Position numbers and translations under genes: made by a program. The notes beneath the pieces were generated by a model. The model did no database searches and had not been told where the DNA came from. It saw only the letters and a list, made by a program, of their open reading frames with translations. A stretch of 62,961 nt of DNA, the filler included, from Neoconidiobolus thromboides FSU 785 (Eukaryota > Fungi > Entomophthoromycota): NCBI GenBank assembly GCA_025603075.1. It is 11 parts of 11 records of this genome, joined end to end, with 100 filler letters (N's around TTAATTAATTAA, not from the genome) between each part and the next. Parts side by side here need not be neighbours in the genome. Positions count along the whole stretch, not along the records: positions 1 to 8,451 come from MU626683.1; positions 8,552 to 16,756 come from MU626690.1; 9 more parts are not named here. One strand, given 5' to 3'. Positions 1 to 15,036 of this stretch are shown here, one piece after another. Numbering within the stretch: the stretch's first letter is position 1; each line of letters starts with the position of its first letter.

Positions 1-392
1 CCTGTGTGCCCATCATTCAATTGATGGAATAAATTAACTAAATCATTTTGAAAGTTCATTTCATACTGGTAGCTTTTATACCCAATTTTACGAATTTCTT
101 CAATCAAATCTAATTTCAAAGGTATTTTAGGTTCTGGCGAGGATTTAGCTATATCTAAAAATGCATAGAATGGAAGAGCTTTCTTTAAGGTATCTAAAGT
201 ATTCTCACGTACTGTTTCATTAAAAGGGAACTCTTTATAACATCTAATAGCTTCATCATAAGTCACTATCTGTTTATCAGCAATTAAATAACAACCATCA
301 TGGGGATCTGTAGACGAAAGAAAATGCTGACGAGAACCATTTATATTTAAAAACAAATAAAATAAAATTCCTAAACCTAAAATTAGCTGCAT
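1..392 (-). CDS. Secreted peptidase S41-like protein (fungal type), 5' part; runs off the window start
   Basis: Manual translation from ATG at 392: MQLILGLGILFYLFLNING (signal peptide)...TYDEAIRCYKEFPF...LKKALPFYAFLDIAK...FQNDLVNLFHQLNDGHT, the N-terminal pattern of fungal S41-family proteins. The catalytic region is not in the window. Confidence 0.65.
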   Translation of the reverse strand, partial: MQLILGLGILFYLFLNINGSRQHFLSSTDPHDGCYLIADKQIVTYDEAIRCYKEFPFNETVRENTLDTLKKALPFYAFLDIAKSSPEPKIPLKLDLIEEIRKIGYKSYQYEMNFQNDLVNLFHQLNDGHT

Positions 393-1056
393 TTTGTATT
401 TTAAAAAATAAAATAGTGTTGTACATTTTTTTACTTTTATCACGTCACTAAATTCATGTGATTTGAGGTTAGCCAATAGTAGTTATCCCGTTTTAAACAA
501 TGAAAAGTGACTGCTGAAACAATAACTTAATGGGCAAAGTTCTGGTTCAAATTGAATGGTTTTAATTGGCATTCTTTAGTCTTCTCACTTCATATTCTTG
601 ATAAAAGATTCAATTCGGAGAGAATGTTGTAATCATGTAAAACTTATCTAGAATAAAGTTAATTGTTTAGCCCCCCTTCTACCTTTTCTCATCATCTAAT
701 CTACCGATTTAAACATATTAAATCTTAAATTTTTTTACCTCCAAAAAAAACATTTTCAATTAGAGCTAGGTCAAATAATGATCTATTTGGTCCTAGTTTT
801 TTGTATTATACTTATGAATACCCGAAATACGTGTAGAAATTGATGTTTGGTGTAATTGTTATCCTTATCTTTGCAACAATACCTCATATGTCTCGTTAAT
901 GCAAAAGAAATTTACTCAGTCGATTTGGATTGACTTTTGAAGTTTAAATCAAGCAACAAGTTGATGTTTAGTTCATAGCGATATTTTCATAAATAAAATC
1001 GTATTTTGATACCATTTTTATGTCATATATATACTATAACATAAAATTTAATATAT

Positions 1057-1153
1057 GGGGGTGTTTTTTTGATTTGATTACTTTTCCCATTTTTCAAGTC
1101 CTATTTGAGTGAAAAAATTGGTAGTAAAATTATCAAATACAAAATACATCGCC
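1057..1153 (+). mobile_element. MITE family A copy
   Basis: GGGGGTGT..CTATTTGAGTG..AGTAAAATT..ACATCGCC; ATAT on both flanks. Confidence 0.75.
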
Positions 1154-2990
1154 ATATTATTATTGAATCTAACAACTATATTAAACATGAAATTATAAAT
1201 TTTGATTCACCTTAAGGCTCTAATAACACGCTATTCGTTGATAACGGGTACTTTTTAAACATAAATATAAGATTTATAGTTTAGTAAATATAGACGCTAA
1301 AAAAGGTAGAAGATAAAAAAATAGTTCTGATTTGAATATCAATGTATAAATAGTATAATAATAAGCTATCATTTATTAAGTTATAGGCCATTATGTTTAA
1401 AATTACATGGTTATTAGATAACGCAGTTACTTTACAAATACTTTTATAGTTTAAACGTATTCACCTTTTAAAAAAATTAACAAAGGACTAAACATTATGT
1501 TTATATAGCAACTATTGATTAATAAATCATTTAAAGCTTATTTAACATACTAAATGTCATATGTTTTTAGGATTGTTAAAGGTTTGTTACAATTAGGAGT
1601 TATCAGTTATTTATGTATTATATAAGAATTGATTATAAACTATATTCTTGTTCGATGTAACTTCAATTAACAATATTATTTATATATTATTTGAAATAAA
1701 TATAACATTTTATGCAATCAAAGATCATTGATTAATTTTTGATAATAGACTTGCATAACTAGCAATAATTAAATTTTTACAAATGAATAAGTCTAAAAGC
1801 TCAGTTAAGATCGAGAGCAAAGTTTTCTATTTCACTTTTTTTGTCCATTTACTATGTAGCGTAAGTTGAAAAATCAAATAAATATTGAATAAAAAAACGC
1901 TCAAACATATTATTTTAAAATTAAGCAAAAGGCATACTTTCATAGCACTTAGTGTTTAATTCATAACATTTACTAAAGATCTAAGTTAGACAAAAAGAAT
2001 CAAACTTTTAAAGTGTCTCAAATATAAGATACACTAAAATTCAATATTGAATTATCACTTTAAATTAGATAAAAATGACTAAAAACAATTAGATTCATCA
2101 GATTCTTGATGATCTCATTAATTTTTTTAAAAATGATTAAAATCTTATAAAACAAAACAGATCGTCACAATAGTTAATTTGGTAGTAAAATTCAATTATT
2201 GCATGACTAAGATCAACATGTATAATTTATAAATACTATTGATTCCTACTCTATATCTTGATAAAGTTTTTAAATTCTTTACAAATGTTGATTCAAGTTA
2301 AAAACAAAAGCTCTATGGTTAGGTTACCCTTGAAACTTAAATTACGAAATAAACTTTTGTTAGTTTGGGAATCAATTTGTTATATTGGTAAAATGACCAC
2401 AGAACCGACTTTAAGTAAACATATTGTTGAGCACTCAGATAACATTGAAAAAAAAGGATTGTTAAGTTTAGATAATGAAAGTATGACTCAATTGATTGAT
2501 GCTTAACATAAGTGGAGGATATTGTGTTATTTTTCTTTTTTGCTATTGTTTTAAACCTACTACATTTGAATTTCGTTTTTACATCTTTGTTAAATGTCTG
2601 TTGAAATACAAATATGAAATCGGTTTTATTTTTAATAAATAGATATACTTTTATGGTGCGTATTGTGTTTTTATATTTATTAACATGTTAACAAGTTAGA
2701 TGTAACAATGCAACATCAGTGATATATGAACAATAGAGTCTTGTAAAAATAATTATAAACTTTAAAGTAGCTTGAGGTTTAAATAATACATTATTTTTAC
2801 TCATACACTCACTATTTTAAATAGTCTTGTTCTATTAACTTTGACTATATTTTAATTGAGCCGTATTATAATCTATTTTTAGCTCACTAAAAAATAATTG
2901 AATTTTAACTCACACAAATCAAATCAAATCAAATCAAATTCACTACGTCAAAATGAATTTCGAGAAATTCAAAAACATCTCTATTTCAAA

Positions 2991-4492
<1,502 letters not shown>

Positions 4493-4694
4493 AACACAAT
4501 AAAAATGGATTGAATTGTTTATTACATTTCAATCTTTAAAGGTCAATTCAATATGATGAGTATTTTCTAATCTTTTTCTATATTAAAATTTCAATGTAGA
4601 ATCAATATTAAATTTTAACCAAATAATAAAAATAATAAAAATATATGATATAGATTTCATTTATTGTTAAAAATTAAGACTACAAAATTCCTTC

Positions 4695-5901
4695 TTATTC
4701 AGGTTTTGATGAAGACTGCGTATTATCCTTAATCTCATCCTCTTTTGGTTTCTCCTTAACATCCTTGACCTCCTCTTTAACATCCATTTTAATATCTTTT
4801 TCTTTTAGATCTTCTGGAATTGGAGTATAATCATTGTTGGGTAATATATTAGCATGATAAGTATTTGATTCAGAAGTAGTAGATGTGCTTGGTTGAGTAT
4901 TATGATTGACTGGAATATTCAATGCTTTTAAAGCTTCATCTCTTACACCTTCAACGGAACGTACAGCAGTTTGTACAAATCCACTTACTTTTTTACCTTG
5001 TTCAGTTTCAAGTGCTTGATGACTTAAAGAAGAGACTGTAGCAGCAGCTGTATTTATAGTAGAAGTAACGCCTAATTTTTTATCTAATTCAGTAGCTCTT
5101 TCACTTACATGGTATTTTTCATCAAGTTTTTTAGTTTCCTCCTTTGCACGTTCAATATAGCTTTTAACTTGAGTTGAAACCCCATATTGAGTATCAATTT
5201 CTTTACCAGTTTGAATTACTTTTTGCGAAAGTTGAATACCAGTATTTATAATACTATTAAAAAAAGAATTTCCCTAAACAATGTAAATACATTATTAAAT
5301 AACTAAATAGAATTAATTACCCCTTGAGCAGTTTGTTCTGAGGAAGCGGTGGTTGAATTGGCATTTTGAGCTCTTTGAATTTCACTCACTTTTGGTGTTG
5401 GAAAATCTTCCTTATAATAAGGTTCAACAAGTATATTACGTTCTCCAATCGAAGCATTGGTGAGCATAAGGGCAGTTTTTGCAGCAGATTCTATAACAAT
5501 TAATTCAGTCAAATTCTAATTCAACATACTCTTCTAATAGCTTACCTTTTTCAAATAAAATTAAAGCTTTATTACTTTCGTTATCTTCAGCACTAAAAGA
5601 GATTAATATTTAACATTAAAGGATTAAAAAAGAAACTTACGGTATAATTAAAAATTGTTCAATTTTACCACAGAACAAGAAAAAGTCTTTGACTATAAGA
5701 AATATAAATATTGAATTAAAATGATTTATAAATTAATAAAACTTACCAACTTTTTCATCAGTAACAGGGGAGATATTACTTACAAGGATTAACTTAGCAG
5801 TTGGTGCTTCTGGTAACTTATATATAATTATTAATACTTATTGTTTTAAATATATATAAAACTACTCTTACTTTAAAATCGGGCCATTCGTTATTACTCA
5901 T
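4695..5901 (-). CDS. RRM protein, Vip1-like, about 5 introns
   Basis: Exons give ILVSNISPVTDEK..KDFFLFCGKI..ALILFEK..ESAAKTALMLTNASI, then GKEIDTQYGVS..KKLDEKYHVSERA..LDKKLGVT repeats typical of Vip1-like proteins. Confidence 0.75.
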
Positions 5902-6525
5902 GTTGAATTTTTTTTTGAATATTTATAAATAAAGAACTTTCTAATCTTTAATTTTAATTTATACCAAATAGTGATGTAATTTTAAAAGGTTTGGTCTATT
6001 TTTCGTAAGCTAGGATGATTTGGTTTGCTAAGAAAAATTGAAATTTAGCAAAAAAAAATTTAAGGTTTGGTTTAAGTGCCACTTTAATATTATGGCTTTG
6101 CTCATTTTAGATTGGCAAAAATTGGCAAACGTCAAATTTTTTTGAAAGTTTTTAAAATTAGTGATAATAGTAATATTAAAAATTATTCAAGATATCAACG
6201 TATAGAGATTAATTTATTTTATTTAGATATAAAGCATATACATAGTTTAATATAAAGCTATATAATTTATGTATAACTTATAGCTATTTAGTTCAATATT
6301 AGAATTTAAAATATTATCTCTGATCTAATATCATTGTTTGCCAAGAAGTTTGGAAAAATGATAGTACTATTTTTTATCTTAAAATGTTTAGAATTAAATG
6401 ATAATTGAATTATCAATGTATTATTCTTATTAATTTAAGTCAGTGATAACACTGCCTATTATTTTATTAACATTAATATTTTATAGATTTGAATTTCATA
6501 AGGCATTTTATCAATTTTAACATAT

Positions 6526-6623
6526 GGGGATGTTTTTTTTGGTTTCACTACTTTTCTACTTTTTAAGACTATTTGAGTGGAAAGATCGTTAGTAAAATTC
6601 TTGAACAAAAAAACACCCCCTCC
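6526..6623 (+). mobile_element. MITE family A copy
   Basis: Full length; ATAT/ATAT flanks. Confidence 0.75.
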
Positions 6624-6831
6624 ATATAGTATAATCTACCAATATTCAATTAGATTTTTTAATTTAATATCGATTTAACTTAATCAATAGTATTTTAAAT
6701 CAAAGGAATTTTATAGATAAATAAGTGACGGATTATATTAAAGTATTTTGTTAATTTTATTAAACAAGGTTACATAATCTAATCTATTAAATAAAGTCAA
6801 ATCTTTTGTTTTATAGACACTATATAGAAAT

Positions 6832-6925
6832 GGGAGTATTTTTTTGGCTTCATTTTTTCTGTTTCTTAAGTACTATTTGAGTGAAAAAATTGCTAGTAAA
6901 ATTCTAAACAACAAAGTAGACCCCC
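6832..6925 (+). mobile_element. MITE family A copy
   Basis: Full length; AAAT/AAAT direct flanks. Confidence 0.75.
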
Positions 6926-8224
6926 AAATAGTAGGCTTAAATTTCTGACATTATTTTAGAAATGTTTGCTACATTTGATTTGTAGAAGCATTTATAATGA
7001 CAATAATTAAGAACACTGTCATTTTAAACATAACAATTAATAAACAAATGGTATCAAGCATTTGTTAGTTTTCATAAATTTTTTATTAAACTATTTTTTT
7101 ATTAAACCCGTATTTTAACATTTTTATACATATTATTAACCTTATATTTATATTTACAAGAGCTCAGGATTAATAAATGTCATATTATCAGGACCTTAAT
7201 ATAAATCAACGTTTATAAATTCGTTTTTTTCTGTTATTAAATCCAGTGAAAATAGGGATTGTAGTTTGTAAATCACTACTTGCTATTCTAACTTAATCTA
7301 TTACTATAAATGCGTTTTTGTTCTCCAATATAATAATAAGAGTTATTATAATGAGCGTTACTATTATTAGCTATTTATTATACTTTATATTATGATAACA
7401 GTATAATTATTACTAATATAAGGAGTTCGATTAGCGTAAACAAGTTAAAGGGTTATTGATAAATAAATAATTTTTTAAATAATTTGAATAAGTAAACCTT
7501 CCAATTGTATCATTGTTGGAGGTAGAAAATTGTTTTAAATTTTGATCTGTTTAGATATATAGATTACAGGATAAGACTGAATAGAAAGGCAAGTTAAACA
7601 GTTAACTTTGTTATGGATAAACTTTATAATTAAAACTGTCATCTAGAGTAAAGTATAATATCATTTTAAGATTAAGTCATTTATTAACAAAATTAAATGA
7701 GAAAGCCAAAGAACGGCGTTAGAATCAGTTTGTTTGAGCCCGAAAATTATACATAGTAAGTATATCTTTTCTATGTAAGAATTCTAGTACACTTTTTTCA
7801 TTTAATAGCATTTAATAAGCAGACAAATAACCAAACTATGAAATACTTCCCCCCTACAGGTTTGCAGAATATCATGAACCGTAAATTACTATAAATTTTA
7901 TTAAACATAGAATTGGTAATTTTCAATTTCGTATTTGCTGAATTTATTTGGGTCTACTTTTTCTATCTTTGTGTTCGCCAAATACAAAATTGGAATCCCA
8001 AGCTCTACGCTTAATATAATTTGGCAGTTAGATTAATTTTTAATCCAGGTGATAAAAGATTTATAAGGATTCCTAAATTAGTATTAAAAATATCCATAAG
8101 AACAAAGATTAATAGCAACACTCTCTTAATTAAAACTAAGAACGTCAAGAACTTAACACATGAATTTAATGACATGATAAAAGTAAAAAAATGTACAACA
8201 CTATTTTATTTTTTAAAATACAAA

Positions 8225-8451
8225 ATGCAGCTAATTTTAGGTTTAGGAATTTTATTTTATTTATTTTTAAATATAAATGGTTCTCGTCAGCATTTTCTTT
8301 CGTCTACAGATCCCCATGATGGTTGTTATTTAATTGCTGATAAACAGATAGTGACCTATGATGAAGCTATTAGATGTTATAAAGAGTTCCCTTTTAATGA
8401 AACAGTACGTGAGAATACTTTAGATACCTTAAAGAAAGCTCTTCCATTCTA
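8225..8451 (+). CDS. Secreted peptidase S41-like protein, second copy, 5' fragment cut by a gap
   Basis: Reverse complement of 166-392 with two synonymous differences; about 70 nt of upstream sequence is also shared. Confidence 0.65.
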
Positions 8452-8551
8452 NNNNNNNNNNNNNNNNNNNNNNNNNNNNNNNNNNNNNNNNNNNNTTAAT
8501 TAATTAANNNNNNNNNNNNNNNNNNNNNNNNNNNNNNNNNNNNNNNNNNNN
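8452..8551. other. Artificial 100-nt assembly linker
   Basis: 44 N + TTAATTAATTAA + 44 N. Identical linkers at 16757-16856, 23772-23871, 33516-33615, 51590-51689, 53696-53795, 54933-55032, 56553-56652, 60343-60442 and 61452-61551. Confidence 0.97.
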
Positions 8552-8608
8552 GTGCTATTTGAGTGGAAAATTCTTAGTAAAATTCTTAAACACAAAAATA
8601 CATCCCCC
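8552..8608 (+). mobile_element. MITE family A copy, 3' half (cut by a gap)
   Basis: GCTATTTGAGTGG..AAAATACATCCCC. Confidence 0.7.
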
Positions 8609-8612
8609 TATT

Positions 8613-8860
8613 GTATTAAATTTTTCAAAAGTTCCATTTTAAAGCTTAGTTATGAAAGTATGGATTTTATTTTTATTTCAACAAAAAACAAAGTCAAATA
8701 AGTGTATTTATATAATTATATAATCATATAGTTATATATTATATATCTGTTAAATATCTAATATAAATAACACAAAACATATAGTTAGGAAAATTAGCTA
8801 TTTAAGAAAAGGAAACAATTAAAACAAGTTTTGAATAAAGAGATTTAATTTAGGCTTTTT
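8613..8860 (+). repeat. Repeat C (diverged; second copy at ~54596-54835)
   Basis: TTTTAAAG[C/T]TTAG[T/C]TATGAA[A/G]GT[A/T]TGGATTTT and further collinear similarity. Confidence 0.55.
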
Positions 8861-8904
8861 AGATTTAACCGTCACATTAGACACAAATTTAAAAATTTAA
8901 AAAT

Positions 8905-8949
8905 TGGATTAACTTTTAAGTAAATTCTGAAATCAATTCAGACAACCCC
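8905..8949 (-). repeat. Repeat B-like terminus, diverged
   Basis: AAATTGGAT..AATTCAGACAACCCC, shared with 17200-17238. Confidence 0.5.
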
Positions 8950-9153
8950 AATATTTTAAATATTACTTTATTTTATTTTTTCGCATTAAGATATTTAACT
9001 TAAAAGCTTTTAACACAAGTGTGTTTAAATAATGTATGGAGTGCTATCCTTATAAAAGTAAAATTATCCTTTAAAAAACATTTAATAAATGTACTTAATC
9101 AAACCAATTAACATTATAATTATTTATAATATTCTTGTAATTTATCATTATTT

Positions 9154-9238
9154 AGTGATGTCTCTTTAAAATTTACTAACATTTTTTAGTTCAATAGTGT
9201 TTAAAAGAAAAAATTAGTGAAATAAAAAAAACACCATC
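9154..9238 (-). mobile_element. MITE family A copy, degenerate
   Basis: TTTACTAAC..AATAGTG..AAAAAAACACC; ATTT/ATTT flanks. Confidence 0.55.
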
Positions 9239-9364
9239 ATTTTTTAAAACATTTAAAATTTAGATTCTATAAAAAAATCATGATTCATACTTTTTGTTTC
9301 AATGTTAATAACTTTGACAATTTATGATTTTTTTAAAACAACCATTGGCTAATTTTTGTTGAGA

Positions 9365-12300
9365 CGTTACTAATGTACTGAAGAGTAATACTATCCTCTG
9401 ATACTTAAAAGTTGCTTCTGAGTCCCTATTTCCATCGGCTTATTACGTTTCATAGCAGTAATACAATCAGACCCTTGGATAACAGATAAAGGATGAGCAA
9501 TTGCAACTGTAGTCCTGTCTTCTGAAGTGTCATTGAAAGCTGTTTGAACAACTTTTTCACAATCTCTGGACCAAGTGCTGATGTAGCTTTATACAGCAGC
9601 AATAACCTAGAATTTAAAAGTACGTTCCTAGCAATACTAACTCTTCCTTTTCACCATCACATTCTTGTATCTTTATTTTATAGCTTTGAAGCTGTTCTAA
9701 AATAAAAGTATATGTGTTGGCCATTTTAATAGCACTGGTGGTTTTCTCCTCACCTGTATTCGGTTTCCCATAGGCTATATTTTTTGTAATACTTAAGCCA
9801 AAGAGTATAAGCTTTTTTCCTACTAGTACCATTCTAGATCTTAAATAAGACAAACTCCATCCTTTGATATTTATTTCTTCAATATTTAATCTCCCTGTGC
9901 TTAAATCATAGAACTGCTGAATTAAGTTGATAATTGTGGACTTTTTTGAGTATAAAGACCCAACTAAAACTACTAACTTTTCAGCTAGTATAGAAAGGCA
10001 AAAAACCTGAAGGATAAGCATACCCGAGCGCGCAGGGTATGAAAATCTAGCGTTATCTAATTCAAATTCCCAATCAATCCAGCTGAACAGGTACCATAGT
10101 CTTCACTACAGTCAATAGTTGGCTTACGATCTAATGAATTAAAAATATCGTGAGCTACAACTTTAGCTTTAACATAAGTGGTGTTTTCAGATGATAGGTT
10201 TCCTAAGGTAGATCTAGTAAAAGTTACTGAAATTAATACCTGAAGCATCTAGGTAAAATTTTGCTTTTTACCTATTACTAGAGTACTTCTGTATCAAAAA
10301 ACTAAGTGTGAATAACAAATCATGCTCCTATACCAAAGCTATAACCAATAGATGCTTTGTAAATACTAACTAAAGTATAGCGATAAGCTTTAGGAACTGA
10401 TTTATTATAGTTTTCTAAGAACGTATTTTCTTTTTTAAGACCTACAACAGTGTCAATATTTATAATAGCCTCAATTTCAATTTGTGAAACTTGTTGATAG
10501 TTTTAGTTAGCATTAATATTTAAGTATGTTAGTGCTTTAGTTCTATAAAATACCATAGATACAGATAAAAACATATATGCTAAAGCAATTAAAGTAGATT
10601 CATAACTATAGTCAAAGGTAACCCCTAGCTCTACACCAAATCAAGAAATAGCAATTAAAGCTGAACCTAAAACTTCGAATATTAATCGCTAAATGTTTTG
10701 AATCTCAAGAGGTAATTTAGCATACGATGTTCCAACACCATATTTAGACTCTTCATAAAATGAAATTCCTTGGTTCGATAAATTTACAAATGCTTTTAAT
10801 CGAATCTTGTGTTATAGATTCTCCAGCGTGTTCTAAGGCTTACAATTTAAGGCACACAGTGATAAAAGTAAAGATATCCAATGGAATAAACAATAAATAT
10901 TAAAATTTAGAATCTGCTATTCTTTTTCTGTAGAGCTCAACTGTGGCTATTTTAACAAATGTCATAGATATTTGGCCCAATATTAAAGAATACAATGGTA
11001 CTATAGTCTCAGTACATAAAACACCAGCTATTCCTAAAAATGTGATTAGTTCCCGTAAAAAAGCTATTGTTGACGCTTTATTAAAGATGAAAATTGCTTT
11101 TTGATTTTTATCCCTAAGATAGACTTATTCAACTTGGTTTTAATTGCCTCATTTTTTTTCCTTATCAAAATTTAATATTGTGCTTTCCTTTACTGTTTTT
11201 TCATTTCTTTATTGATTTTTTGATAGCTCTTTGTTGACCAAATATTCTTGGTCTTTATTTTGATTATTGTTAGCGCTTATCCCCTATAATTCAAATAATG
11301 CAACGTATATACCTCCTTCCTTCAATAATTCTTCATGATTGCCTTCCTCTTCGATTTCACCATTATTAAATACCAAAATTTCATCTAGATCCCCAATTGT
11401 AGATAAGCAACGTGCAATAGAAATTATAGTAAGATTTTCAGTGGCATTGTTTAAAGCAGCTCAAATAATCTTTACAGTTTTTGAGTCAAAGGTGACATAG
11501 CCTCATCCAATAATAATGTTCTTAGGTTCTTAATCAAAGACCTTGTAATATAAGTATATTGTTTTTGACCGTCTGATAATACATAATCTTTTTTACCTAA
11601 CCAAGGTTCATAAGTTTTATTAAAGCTGTAATAAAACCTCGGATGTTAGATAATATACAAACTTCAATCTTTTTTTGAATTCTTTCGTCTTTTTATTTTT
11701 CGTTATATTTATAATCAGACAAATAAAATAAAACGTTTTACATAATTGAAGTAGAAAACATAATAGGCTTTTGTCTAACAATGACAATTTAACTTCTTAA
11801 AAACTCAATACTAACTTCACTTATATTTATATTACCAATAGTGATTGAACCCGAATTTTCATCATAAAACCCTTCAATTAGTCCAATTACACTACTTTTA
11901 CTGGATCCTAAAGGTCTAACTAAAACCATAATAGTACTGATATCAACTCTTGAATTTAACACATTTAATCTAATAATATCAAAACGCGTTGGATAGGAAA
12001 AAACGATATTATTAAATAAAATTTCACCTTGAAGTTTACTTACTTTATCCTCCTTTTGCTTCATTAATGCGACATATGTAAATGTATCTATTTTAGATTA
12101 TCTTTTGATCACCTAAGATAGTTTAGCTGCCGCTTCTTGTCCAGTGGCTAAAGCAGTCAAAAAAAGTGAACTATACCTAATCGATAGAGCTCTTCAAATA
12201 ATTGAAAAAGCACTGAAGTTAAATTTTCTGGTTTATGCTCTTGCTTTGCAATAAAGTTGTTGCCATAACACATTTTTAGTGAATAAGTCAAAAACGCAAT

Positions 12301-13233
12301 AAACTCAACTCGAACAATATTAACTACAAAAATAACTGAACTTTTGTGATCATATTTGTTTGTTTGAAAAAGTTTCTACTCATACCTTAAGATTTCTCTT
12401 CTCGGAGATCCAAAAGCATAAATGATTCAAACAAATGATAACACTTCCCCAGCCATTGATCTAGCTTTTCCATAAGCGTTTTGATCGCTAGTAGATAATG
12501 AGCAACTCTTTTGATAAAAAACAACAACAACAGTAACTAAGGGGGTTATAACCATTAAAACTAAACTAAATCCACAACATTGGGCAGAAGCTACAATATA
12601 GTCCGAAAGAAAGCTGAAAAAGTTTTGAATCATAAAACCTAATTTTTCAGATATACCACTTTGCACTAAGTGCATATCTCCAAATACATAGGAAGCTATA
12701 CCCTCTGAATAAATTGTATCGAATTAACCGATTTCTTGTGATAAAATTGCTTTATAGTAATTTTGTCTTATATATAATGCTTAGTTTTTGCCTACTACCA
12801 CCCGTAAACTGATTTTTCCGTGTGCAGCAACTAAAACAGTAATACCAACTTCAAAAAATTGAAGGCATAATGTTGTAATCGTAAGTTTAAAAGCTTGGAT
12901 AGCCAGCATTGGGTTATTTTAAGAATCTATGATATAATTTGTAAAAGCACCTACAACCCCAGAATGTAGTAAAGAAATCAATGGTTGACGAGCACCATTA
13001 ATGAGTGAAAATATAAAGGTAAATGCCAAGATAACCAAATGGTGATGTATTTTTGTGTTTAAAATTTTTACTAATAATTCCTTCACTCAAATAACACTTG
13101 AAAGATGGAAAAAGTGATGAAGCCAAAAAAACACCCTCAAATCTTTAAAACTAGTAAATTTTTATAATTTTAAAATTGGAACTAAAGCAACCGATGCTCA
13201 TTTATCTTTTTTAATTATCTTCTTGAAAGACAT
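9365..13233 (-). pseudogene. Decayed full-length ABCB/MDR transporter pseudogene, intronless, interrupted by a MITE
   Basis: Collinear TMD1-NBD1-TMD2-NBD2 remnants (VPILKL*KF..D, SLINGARQP, EKLGFMIQ, FSYPTRFD, LSDGQK, SFSYPARSG, ATSALGPE..EKVVQTA..TTVAIAHPLS) broken by many stops and frameshifts; degraded Walker A motifs. Confidence 0.85.
13041..13138 (-). mobile_element. MITE family A copy inserted in the ABCB pseudogene
   Basis: AAAT/AAAT flanks; excision restores the reading frame. Confidence 0.8.
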
Positions 13234-15036
13234 GCTTTTTATAAATTGATATTTTATAATAAATTACTTCGATTCTTTTAATACTAATCTTCATATCATA
13301 TTGAATTTTCTATCACATCTTATTTATCTTACTAAAAAATTCGAAATATGACATCTCAATATAAACTAAATTGATTCAAAGTTCTAAGATTATTTCGTGA
13401 AACTCTAAATTATGATATTGAAACAACTACAATAAAGGTGGGCACAATAATAATAATTATATACCTTTATCAGATATCATCAATATTTTGAAACACTGAT
13501 GCTACCCATCTAAATTTGATTTATTTACTGATATAAACAATGTTTTTAAATTTTAGTAATAAAACTTTCACTATTACCAAATTTCGTTTTTAGATATTTG
13601 AGCTATTGAAAAAAAGTTGTAAAGTATGATTAACAAAATAACTGCTATAAGTAACCTAAATTCGTGTTTTACATCATTTTTCTAACTCATTTTCAACAAG
13701 AATTATAATTGTAATGTTAAAACAAAACTTACTATAACTTTAGCTATTTACTTTGTTAAATTGAATTGAACGTGTTTATTATATTGTCAGGCTCATACTA
13801 TATAGGTATTTCTCTTCAGGACTACATCAATTTATTAAATGTACTGCCAAAAATGTTGGTTGGGAATTTTTACACTTCTGTTCTATGACAAATTTATCAT
13901 ACTTATAAACTTTCATTTTTAAATTCAGATTTCAGTACTAATATGTAGCACTTTATTTAAAGAATAGAAAATAGCGTCGGTGAAAGCTTAAAATCCCAAA
14001 AATTTTGTCTTTCTCGTAATAAAAGTGGTCCAAAGCTCTAAGAAAATGGGCCATCTCTCTTTCACAACATTTTAGCTACTTTCTATTTAATAAAATACTC
14101 AAGAGCTTGTGGCTCTTTCAAGAATATAAAAAACATTTATTATTTAACACTCCATCAAAACTATGGTATGATAACTCAAAACCCAAAATTTGTTACATGA
14201 TATGAAAAAATAAGTTCTAAAAATTCTGCTAACATTTTAACTAATCAAGGTTAATTATAAGAGTGATTATCTTTTTGATGTGTTGTTTTTATAATCACTT
14301 TTCCACTATAAAAAATATCATTTTATAGCAATTAGAATATTCACTCTAAAATAAAAAACAGTAATTTTGATTTCATTACAACCAAAAGCAACTTGCTAAC
14401 ACTGATAAAAAAGTAAAGCTATGTTGAAAATGATATATATATTTAATTCCTAATGTATTTTTCAGATTCCAAGGTAGTAAAATAAACCAGTTGTTTAGAA
14501 ATTAAAATTTCGAAAAAAGTAATATATGCACTTCAATTTTATTTCACCTTAAATTATTAACTATTCTATAAAAAAACGTTAAAGGGATACTTTATAGTAT
14601 TTTATAAATACGGTTCATTTCAAAACTTTTTCATATTTCTTGATTTATTAAGAGCTCATGACTGCAAAATGTGATTTTGAATTCAAGTTTTATTTTAAAA
14701 AACTTGTTTTTGGCTTAAAATGTAAATGGCTTTGAAATTCGAAAAGTTGCACATCTGCTTCATCCCTTAAAAACAAGTTAATTTGCTAATTATAGCGAAA
14801 TTGGAACTACAAATTAATAATCCAAAATAGAAATATCTCGGTTAAATATGAGATGATTAAAGTGACCTAAATTGGATTTATAGAACTCGATGTGATCTAT
14901 AATATAAAAAGTATAGTTAGTAACATGACTAAATTAGGATCAAAATATTGATGTGTTATTCTTTAAGTTCCTAGAAGCAAATTATAAAAAATTTAAAATT
15001 TAATCAACTTTAAAATTATATCTTTGTTGTGAATTA

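Noticed and set aside
8021-8224. TTG-initiated N-terminal extension of the S41 copy
   Set aside because: The paralog at 392 shares only ~70 nt upstream, and the signal peptide begins at ATG 8225.
8496-8507. Recurrent palindrome TTAATTAATTAA as a biological motif
   Set aside because: It is always centred in exactly 44+44 N, so it is an assembly spacer.
9365-13233. Recoding or an alternative genetic code rescuing the ABCB stops
   Set aside because: There are frameshifts, mixed stop types, degraded Walker motifs and a MITE insertion, and the other genes translate with the standard code.
13970-14200. Slightly GC-richer patch that might be a decayed retroelement
   Set aside because: No RT, RNase H or integrase motif recognisable by eye.
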